The notes below the pieces were generated by a model. The model was not told the origin of the DNA. It saw only the letters and a list, made by a program, of their open reading frames with translations, and did no database searches. 42,202 nt of DNA from Euryarchaeota archaeon UBA173. GTDB taxonomy: Archaea > Thermoplasmatota > Poseidoniia > Poseidoniales > Thalassarchaeaceae. The translations under genes were made by a program, and so were the position numbers. The stretch covers positions 457 to 42,658 of the forward strand of contig DAJH01000015.1 of assembly GCA_002498925.1 (NCBI GenBank), written 5' to 3'. Of the stretch, positions 35,611 through 42,202 are shown one piece after another (position 1 is the first letter of the stretch; each line of letters opens with the position of its first letter).

Positions 35611-36480
35611 TCACTGTTGCATCTCAGTCGCCCTAACTGTGTTTGACATCAGCATAGCTATGGTCATCGGACCTACTCCTCCGGGAACGGGGGAAACCGC
35701 ACTGGCTATTTCTCCAACGTCCGGGTGAACATCCCCTGTCAGGTGATACCCCTTCACAGAATTATCGTTAACACGGTTTACCCCCACATCTATCACGACT
35801 GATCCGGGTTTCACCCAATCAGAAGTCACCATATTCGATCTCCCTACTGCAGCGATGATAACATCGGCCTCACGACATAAAGCGGCCATGTCGGTACTTC
35901 TGGAATGTGCTATGGTTACCGTCGCATCCACCCCTTTCTGTGCTAGCAAGAGGGACTGCGGCATCCCCACAATCCTACTGCGCCCTATTACAATCGCCCG
36001 CTTACCGCACAAATCCACATCTGCTGATTCGAGCATACGCATGACTCCTGCTGGGGTACAGGGAAGTAATCCACTTTTATCCCCTTGGACCAAGCGGCCC
36101 AAGTTCTGTGCGTGGAACCCATCGACATCCTTCACGGGGTCAATTAGGTCGGTGATTGCAATTTCATCCATGCCATTGGGGAGGGGAGATTGAACCAGTA
36201 TACCATTAATTTCCGGATCCGCATTAAGACGTTTTACAGTAGAAACAACTTCTCCATATCCCGCGTCTGCTGGAATGTCTACACGAATACTTCGGATGCC
36301 TAATCTTGCACATGCACGCTCCTTCGAACCAACATATACGTGAGAGGCTGGATCCTCCCCCACTATTACAACTGCAAGACATGGGGTGACGCCATTACCT
36401 GCTAAATTGCCAATCCGAACTTTCAGCTCTCCCTCTATTTCTCGGCCGATTTGTTTTCCGTCGAGAACTATCGCTGCCAC
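35611..36480 (-). CDS. folD: Bifunctional methylene-THF dehydrogenase/cyclohydrolase
   Basis: YVGSK, GILVQSPLP, KDVDG, PCTP, GRSRIVG, IDVG, PVPGGVGPMT. Confidence 0.97.
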   Translation of the reverse strand: MAAIVLDGKQIGREIEGELKVRIGNLAGNGVTPCLAVVIVGEDPASHVYVGSKERACARLGIRSIRVDIPADAGYGEVVSTVKRLNADPEINGILVQSPLPNGMDEIAITDLIDPVKDVDGFHAQNLGRLVQGDKSGLLPCTPAGVMRMLESADVDLCGKRAIVIGRSRIVGMPQSLLLAQKGVDATVTIAHSRSTDMAALCREADVIIAAVGRSNMVTSDWVKPGSVVIDVGVNRVNDNSVKGYHLTGDVHPDVGEIASAVSPVPGGVGPMTIAMLMSNTVRATEMQQ

Positions 36481-36519
36481 ATCAGTCCGTCCGGCTTCCG
36501 CCCTTTGACCTTGACGTAT

Positions 36520-36596
<77 letters not shown>

Positions 36597-36691
36597 CTGT
36601 ACATCACAGGGGACTACTACACTTGAACCCTTTAGTCGAACAAACCCCCGTAGGGGTTGATGCACGACCTCCCTCTCGGACAACTGTGGCA

Positions 36692-37093
36692 ATGGGTGGG
36701 CCGGACCACGGAAAGATCAACACGGTCATCTCTGCATGGCTGTGTATTGCCATAGGGAGTGCAATAGTACTTTATTCAGGCTCATCGCCATTCTCTCTGG
36801 CTTTGGCAGCACCCATTTCAATTGCAGGAGTCATTCTTTTGGTAATCGGAATAGGGATGAAGAACGAGGATTCAGTCGATCATAAAATAATCAATAATTG
36901 GGAACCAGAATCAGATTTACTGCCCGATGCCGGAGGTCCAATGTATCGAATCGACACCACACTGGTGGAACCAATCAGAACTTCGGTACTCTGCGGAAGA
37001 TGCGGGAACGTACATTGGTCAGAAGGTGGGAGGCCACATTCCTTTGTGTGCCCTATTTGCGAGATAGAATTGTGGAGGGATGAGGAAGAGTAA
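36692..37093 (+). CDS. Hypothetical 2-TM membrane protein with a C-terminal Zn ribbon
   Basis: Start ATG 36692 (the longer ORF call overlaps tRNA-Thr); two TM helices, CGRCG...CPIC. Confidence 0.72.
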   Translation: MGGPDHGKINTVISAWLCIAIGSAIVLYSGSSPFSLALAAPISIAGVILLVIGIGMKNEDSVDHKIINNWEPESDLLPDAGGPMYRIDTTLVEPIRTSVLCGRCGNVHWSEGGRPHSFVCPICEIELWRDEEE

Positions 37094-37153
37094 TTATTCT
37101 CCTCCTCGGGAACCGTCAAGTGGTAAACTCTACTCGAGAGGACGGGGATAATC

Positions 37154-38647
37154 GTGGAAATGAGCAACAACGAGCGAACATTACTCAAATTCATGCTATC
37201 CGAGCCTTCGAAAAATTGGCTCTTGGAAGAGCTTCTAGAGGGGACTGGTTGGGACGACCAAGTCCATGTTGCAGGCTCTGGCAAGGCACTTTCCGAATTA
37301 GGACTAGTGGAGGTAAAAGAAGAAACTGAATCGCTTGTTTCACTTGGAGTGGAGGGGGAAAAGGCCCTCTCAGAAGGACTTTTAGAATTTAGAATTTGGA
37401 AATGCCTATCCTCACTGCCCGAATCAGATAGGACGATGAATAGGCTGTTCGAAGAAGGTTTCGAGCGCCACGAAGCAGGTCCCGGAATGGGGCTCTTGAA
37501 GTCACTCGGACTCGCAATTGAGTCTGGAAAACTAGTTTCCAAGGACGAATCATCAATTTCGAAGGAAATATCGATGAGAGCAGACTTCATCTCTTCCCTG
37601 GCAGAAGGGTCGACCCCCAAGTCACAACTTGATGGTGAAATGGTTAGTCACTTCCTTGGAAGGAAGGGGCTAATCATGGTCGACGACCAAGTCTCAAGAT
37701 CATGGTCTCTAACCGATGCTGGCTCTTCGGTCGAGGAGTCAGATCTTGTGCATGTTGAGATGATTGGCGAGCTAACCCCTGAGTTGCTACAATCAGAAGC
37801 ATGGAGGGGTGCGAAATTCAAGCCATTCGATGTCAATTCACCAGCGCCCATTCCCATGGGGGGGCGCCCACATCCGATGCAGGCATTGATTGAGAGGATA
37901 AGACAAGTCTTCCTGGAGATGGGGTTCTCCGAGATAGAGGGAGATTTTGTACAGTCAGCAGGGTGGAATATGGATGCATTATACATCCCGCAGTCACATC
38001 CAGCAAGGACTATGCAGGATACCTTCTACTTGTCCGAGCCAAGTCAAATTGATGTTGAAGAAAAATATCTTGACCTGTGGTCGAGAGTACACGAGCATGG
38101 TCATGACACTGGGAGCAAGGGATGGGGCGGTTCTTTCGACAAGGACGAGTCGCGAAAGTCATTGTTGAGAACCCATACGACTGTGAACACTGTAAGGCAT
38201 ATTGCAGAAAATCCAGATGAACCATCAAGAGTTTTTGGTATTGGCAGGGTTTTTCGCCAGGAGACAATAGATCGAACGCACCTCCCTGAATTCCACCAGA
38301 TTGAGGGCATAATCCACGAGGAACAAGCCAGCCTTCCAATGCTCATCACGACTCTGAAGACATTCTACTCCAAGATGGGCTATCCAGACGTCCGAGTCCG
38401 TCCAGCCTATTTCCCATACACGGAGCCGAGTGTGGAGGTAGATATCCTATGGAGGGGACAATGGCTTGAGCTGGGAGGGGCTGGTATATTTCGTCCAGAG
38501 GTGACCGAGCCACTGGGTTCTGAATGGCCAGTCTGTGCATGGGGTATGGGCCTAGAGAGGCTTGCAATGATTATATTGGATCTGGATGACATAAGGCAGT
38601 TGTATCAACCCGACCTCGAGAGACTCAGTAGGATGCCGATTCTCTAA
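37154..38647 (+). CDS. pheS: Phenylalanine--tRNA ligase alpha subunit (archaeal type)
   Basis: N-terminal wHTH region, HPARTMQDTFY, LLRTHTT, FRQE.ID.THLPEFHQ, YFPYTEPS, WGMGLERLAM. Confidence 0.97.
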   Translation: MEMSNNERTLLKFMLSEPSKNWLLEELLEGTGWDDQVHVAGSGKALSELGLVEVKEETESLVSLGVEGEKALSEGLLEFRIWKCLSSLPESDRTMNRLFEEGFERHEAGPGMGLLKSLGLAIESGKLVSKDESSISKEISMRADFISSLAEGSTPKSQLDGEMVSHFLGRKGLIMVDDQVSRSWSLTDAGSSVEESDLVHVEMIGELTPELLQSEAWRGAKFKPFDVNSPAPIPMGGRPHPMQALIERIRQVFLEMGFSEIEGDFVQSAGWNMDALYIPQSHPARTMQDTFYLSEPSQIDVEEKYLDLWSRVHEHGHDTGSKGWGGSFDKDESRKSLLRTHTTVNTVRHIAENPDEPSRVFGIGRVFRQETIDRTHLPEFHQIEGIIHEEQASLPMLITTLKTFYSKMGYPDVRVRPAYFPYTEPSVEVDILWRGQWLELGGAGIFRPEVTEPLGSEWPVCAWGMGLERLAMIILDLDDIRQLYQPDLERLSRMPIL

Positions 38648-38661
38648 CCACGATTCAGGAT

Positions 38662-39423
38662 TCATGCAGAGTCAGAATCGTCATACTCGCATGATCCGTC
38701 ATCCTCCTCGGCGCCAGAGTCGTAGTTATTAGCATCTGGATCAGTGCAACCTTTTCTGGACTCCGACACTGACTCCAGTACAGTGATTATGACGGTTTGT
38801 TGACTAGACGTCTCCGTCCATGTGCCGCACGAGGCCTCAAGTGAAACAGTGGTATTTTCCTGGATATTTGAGAGCTCTAATTCATAGCCCCCATCTTCTC
38901 CTATAGGCAGGCCTAGACTAGATTCCGCGATATCAGTGGTACTCCATCTCAATTCACACGTGGAAATATCATCATGTACGACATTGCCAGAAATTGGTGC
39001 ATCTCCTCCCTGCTCTACTTCGAAACTACTCTCTGAGACCTCAAGCTCGGTATCACTCTCCCCGGGATAGTGGACAATGAAGGCCTTGGACCATGACGTC
39101 TCCTGTCCGAGGCTATCAATAGCGATAACCTTCAGTGCATGACTTCCGGCCCCTAGCTCCGAGATATCGACAGTCATGGAACCATCTTGATCTGGTACTT
39201 CAGATATTTCATCTCCATCCAGTGTGACTAAAAGGGAGAGGTCCGACATCTTTTCGTCACTTATTGTGATGCTCACTGAGTCGATTGTCCCTATCAGAAT
39301 TGTATCGGGGAGGTCCGAGTCTACTATGGGTGCGCGATTGATGCCTTCGTCCTCGACGCCGAAGAAAAGAACGCCAGCCATCACGCTGGTAATCATGAGC
39401 CCTGCCAGCATCAATGACCTCAT
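38662..39423 (-). CDS. Membrane-anchored acidic Ig-like protein with a C-terminal GCTD...NY...DDGSC motif
   Basis: N-terminal TM (start ATG 39423), NRAP, Ig-like GSHALKVIAIDSLG, terminal GCTDPDANNYDSGAEEDDGSCEY. Confidence 0.72.
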   Translation of the reverse strand: MRSLMLAGLMITSVMAGVLFFGVEDEGINRAPIVDSDLPDTILIGTIDSVSITISDEKMSDLSLLVTLDGDEISEVPDQDGSMTVDISELGAGSHALKVIAIDSLGQETSWSKAFIVHYPGESDTELEVSESSFEVEQGGDAPISGNVVHDDISTCELRWSTTDIAESSLGLPIGEDGGYELELSNIQENTTVSLEASCGTWTETSSQQTVIITVLESVSESRKGCTDPDANNYDSGAEEDDGSCEYDDSDSA

Positions 39424-39509
39424 GGCCCCACCGTCTTCCATGTTCCAATGTGGAAGCAATGGCATATAATCAATTAAGTGAAAAAATATGAAAAACTTGC
39501 AATGTGGAG

Positions 39510-39516
39510 AAAAAAA
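39510..39516 (-). terminator. Oligo-U (T7) archaeal terminator after the SCO operon
   Basis: A7 run on + directly after the minus-strand stop at 39517, with further T-runs downstream. Confidence 0.5.
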
Positions 39517-40605
39517 TCATTCCTCAACAAGGGATATCACGTCTTGAAGGAACTCCGAGGTGTCCCAAGTGATGCCCGAATAAGCAACCCTCTTCCTCAT
39601 TTCTTTGTCAATGATGAATGTGGTTGTTGAGTGCCCTACTTCATACTCGCCTAGGGACTCGTCATGAGGATCAGCAGGCTCACTCGATGAGTTGCCTACT
39701 TCCGATCCTTCTGCGACACATGATAGCCAGTCGCCACCGGCCCTCTCATACCCCTCATCGCACATGCAGTGAGCACTAGACCCTGATCCCATGATCCACC
39801 CGTGGCTGTTACAATCGGTACCAGGGGTGGCCAAACTCAGGTTAGCATTACTGGCGACCAACGCAAAGTGAGTGTCCGGCATCATGCCTATTGATCCAGG
39901 ATCTCCGGTGAATTCCATCCAGGTCTCGTTTACTTCGTCCCATGAACGTAGTCCCCAGTCCCAAGTTTCATCAGCCTCCCAACCGCCGATTTCCCCAGTA
40001 GAAAGGTTGTGACTGGTGTTGGTTTCAGAGAATGCAAAATCAATGAATTCGGAGCCATTCATGCCAAATCCTGCGGTATCGTGCACCAATGTGGAGTTAT
40101 CCGGGAAAAGTACCACTAACCTGTTGAGATTATCTTCTGGTGGCTGACTGGCCGCTATATGCTCATTATCCACAATCACATTCCATGACCTGTATATCTC
40201 TTGGAGCTCAGAAACGGGACCAGTCAAGTGAAACCAGTCATAACCCCTCTGCTCCGTCCATTCGGATAGGTGCCTTATTGTGTCCCTGGCTGGGTCTATG
40301 GTAACTGAAACTAGAACAACCTCATCCGAATGATCCCCAAGATTCTCTTCTACATAGTCCAAATTTGATGAAATAATGAGGCAAATATCGGGACAAGCAG
40401 TATACACAAAAGCTACCACTATGACCTTTCCGTCATGATCCGAAAATCTGAAAATATCACCATTCTGATCGAACAGGGTGAAGTCCGGTGCGTCCGGTGG
40501 GTCTCTGTATTCAGTTCCGAGAATCTCGGTCGACTCACCACTGTCCCCCAGGCAGCCCGGAATAATCATGAATGCCGCAATTATCAATACCCTGACTTTA
40601 GAAAT
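39517..40605 (-). CDS. SCO-family copper-binding lipoprotein with an inserted beta domain and EGF-like module (probable ATT start)
   Basis: Lipobox IPGC, APDFTLFDQNG, YTACPDIC (CxxxC), TIDPARDT, HLTG, VGHSTTTFIIDK (His ligand). Confidence 0.88.
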   Translation of the reverse strand: MSKVRVLIIAAFMIIPGCLGDSGESTEILGTEYRDPPDAPDFTLFDQNGDIFRFSDHDGKVIVVAFVYTACPDICLIISSNLDYVEENLGDHSDEVVLVSVTIDPARDTIRHLSEWTEQRGYDWFHLTGPVSELQEIYRSWNVIVDNEHIAASQPPEDNLNRLVVLFPDNSTLVHDTAGFGMNGSEFIDFAFSETNTSHNLSTGEIGGWEADETWDWGLRSWDEVNETWMEFTGDPGSIGMMPDTHFALVASNANLSLATPGTDCNSHGWIMGSGSSAHCMCDEGYERAGGDWLSCVAEGSEVGNSSSEPADPHDESLGEYEVGHSTTTFIIDKEMRKRVAYSGITWDTSEFLQDVISLVEE

Positions 40606-40616
40606 GATATCGTCCC

Positions 40617-41339
40617 CTATTCATCGACTAGTAGCATTATGTCCTCTAGGGCTAACTCTACATTCCAATCCATATCGCCCCACCAGACTCTCTGATTCAT
40701 TTGCTTGTCCACGATAATTGTGCCAGTCGTATGGTCCACCCAGTAGTCTAGCGGGTGATGCTTAACCGAAACATCCCCTCCTTCTTCCTGCTGTGTCTCT
40801 ACGCCACATCCTCTGTCATCCACTTGCTCTCCCTCGGGAGTTTCAAGACAGGTGTCAAAACCATCTGCAACACCGTCGCCATCGGTATCTGTGTCATATG
40901 TAGTGAGGCCCACATCAAACTCTAACCATACATTCTCAAGGTCGTCCAACTCTCCAGTGAGGTGGGGCCACTCCAGCCCTCTTTGCTCCGAGTACTCCGA
41001 CAAGACAGTGTGATTGTCAGTCCAGGGGTCGACAGTAATGCTCAGGATCTCCACCGTTTCACCGTAATCCTCCCCAAGCATCATTTGCAGGTAGTCCAGA
41101 TTTGCACTTACAATCGGACAAATATCCGGACAGCGAGTGAATAGGAAGGCGATCACAACGACCTTCCCCTCGTACTGAGAGAATGAGAAGTTCTCACCAT
41201 CTTGGTCAACAAGGAGGAAGTCAGAAACAGGTATCGGCGGATTGATGTCCTCGCCATAGAATATGTCTGGCTCTTCGCTTCCAATGCACCCTGGCAGGGC
41301 GATAAGAAGCACTGCACAATACGCCCAAAACCTACTCAT
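40617..41339 (-). CDS. SCO-family copper-binding lipoprotein with an inserted thrombospondin type-3-like repeat
   Basis: Lipobox LPGC, FLFTRCPDIC, TVDP..D, HLTG, DTDGDGVADGFDTC..TP.G..VD.RGC, VDHTTGTIIVDK. Start ATG 41339 after GGAGTG. Confidence 0.9.
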   Translation of the reverse strand: MSRFWAYCAVLLIALPGCIGSEEPDIFYGEDINPPIPVSDFLLVDQDGENFSFSQYEGKVVVIAFLFTRCPDICPIVSANLDYLQMMLGEDYGETVEILSITVDPWTDNHTVLSEYSEQRGLEWPHLTGELDDLENVWLEFDVGLTTYDTDTDGDGVADGFDTCLETPEGEQVDDRGCGVETQQEEGGDVSVKHHPLDYWVDHTTGTIIVDKQMNQRVWWGDMDWNVELALEDIMLLVDE

Positions 41340-41856
41340 CATCATCACTCCTTTTCCGAACAAATATCACCATGGTGAACGCCAAAGCAATCAGTGCCAA
41401 AGCAAGAAAATCCGAATCGCCGTCAAGCTCACTCTCGCCCTGGTCATTGTTGAACGAGTATCCGATCGGAGCTACATTCTCGGTGTGGTCATCCAACAAT
41501 ATGCTCAGGCTAAGGGTCTTCCAGATACTGCCATTTGAGAAAACATCGATCTCATAGTCCCCCGATGTCCAATTCGCTGGGTCCAACCAGACTCTGCACT
41601 CATCCTCGATTCCAGGTGACGAAGGTCCCGCTGTACAATTGATTTCGTAGACTCCGTCCGACTCAACATCTAGCATTATCCTCCTATCGTAATCAACGAC
41701 ATTGTAGAAAATCAGTGTGTCATTCTGTAGTACTTGTGCTGATTCCGGTTGCAGACTCTCCCCCCTCATTACGAAGGCGAATGTGTTTGCACCATGAGCT
41801 GACACAGTTGGAGCGAGCATCGCCACAATCACCAATGAGACAAGTATTCTTTTCAT
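41332..41856 (-). CDS. Secreted, C-terminally anchored beta-sandwich (cupredoxin/CopC-like) protein with predicted mature N-terminal His
   Basis: Signal MKRILVSLVIVAMLAPTVSA|HG, cupredoxin-like PESAQVLQNDTLIFYN, GDYEI, TM followed by RKR. Confidence 0.62.
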   Translation of the reverse strand: MKRILVSLVIVAMLAPTVSAHGANTFAFVMRGESLQPESAQVLQNDTLIFYNVVDYDRRIMLDVESDGVYEINCTAGPSSPGIEDECRVWLDPANWTSGDYEIDVFSNGSIWKTLSLSILLDDHTENVAPIGYSFNNDQGESELDGDSDFLALALIALAFTMVIFVRKRSDDDE

Positions 41857-42202
41857 TCGTCACTAGCCTCCGCTGACCAAAGCGGGGGGTAGTTGTATCG
41901 GGGGTCATAATCCTCGTCGAACTGTACAACGTAGATGCCGCTCACCATCTCTGAAATGAATACGAATCCTCGGGGGTCATACTGTAGCCCCCAGTCGAAT
42001 GGAATCATGCACGAGGCCCAGCAATCCGCCATGTCATATCCCAATGTATTGGTCGGATCTTCAATCCACGTAGGCCCGGCTGGAAGGTAGTAGCCAAGAG
42101 TATGGGTGGGGGCTAACTCCTCAATGCATTGGAACCCACACTCCGGATTTGGGACTCCATCGGTCCATACTATTTCATCCCAAATTTTTCCGTGGTCAGT
42201 CA
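41853..42202 (-). CDS. LVIVD-repeat-like beta-propeller protein, C-terminal part (5' end outside the window)
   Basis: Frame is open to the window edge: ...HTLGYYLPAG...FDWGLQYDPRGFVFISEMVSGIYVVQF. ATGA overlap with the next gene. Confidence 0.68.
   Translation of the reverse strand, partial: TDHGKIWDEIVWTDGVPNPECGFQCIEELAPTHTLGYYLPAGPTWIEDPTNTLGYDMADCWASCMIPFDWGLQYDPRGFVFISEMVSGIYVVQFDEDYDPRYNYPPLWSAEASDE

Overview
This is a gene-dense archaeal chromosome segment, most likely from a Marine Group II euryarchaeon (Ca. Poseidoniales). That assignment is inferred from archaeal informational genes, a Thermoplasmata-type DUF5611 protein, acidic secreted proteins and many bacterial-type metabolic genes. 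It holds about 50 CDS and 5 intronless tRNAs, all with encoded CCA: Val-CAC, Ser-CGA, Val-TAC, Glu-TTC and Thr-TGT. Core genes include rpl44e-rps27e-aIF2a-nop10-PAC2-pepE, rpl37e-purF, tyrS, pheS, PolD DP1, nob1, tatA, sufS-sufE-sufT, folD, serC-deoC, pdxT, ETF plus two acyl-CoA dehydrogenases, and HMG-CoA synthase. No CRISPR array, integrase or IS element was seen. Most notable observations: (1) aIF2-alpha has no in-frame ATG/GTG/TTG upstream of its conserved N-terminus and appears to start at CTG, a candidate start-codon-stringency autoregulation loop; a second probable non-canonical start (ATT) occurs in a SCO gene. (2) A coupled, probably copper-handling surface operon encodes an LVIVD-like propeller, a His1 beta-sandwich protein and two SCO lipoproteins carrying TSP3-like or EGF-like insertions. 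(3) A Cas4/AddB-like Fe-S nuclease is fused to two RPA-type OB folds. (4) L44e has lost its zinc ligands. (5) There is a bacterial class II CCA-adding enzyme. (6) Convergent genes repeatedly abut with exactly zero spacer.
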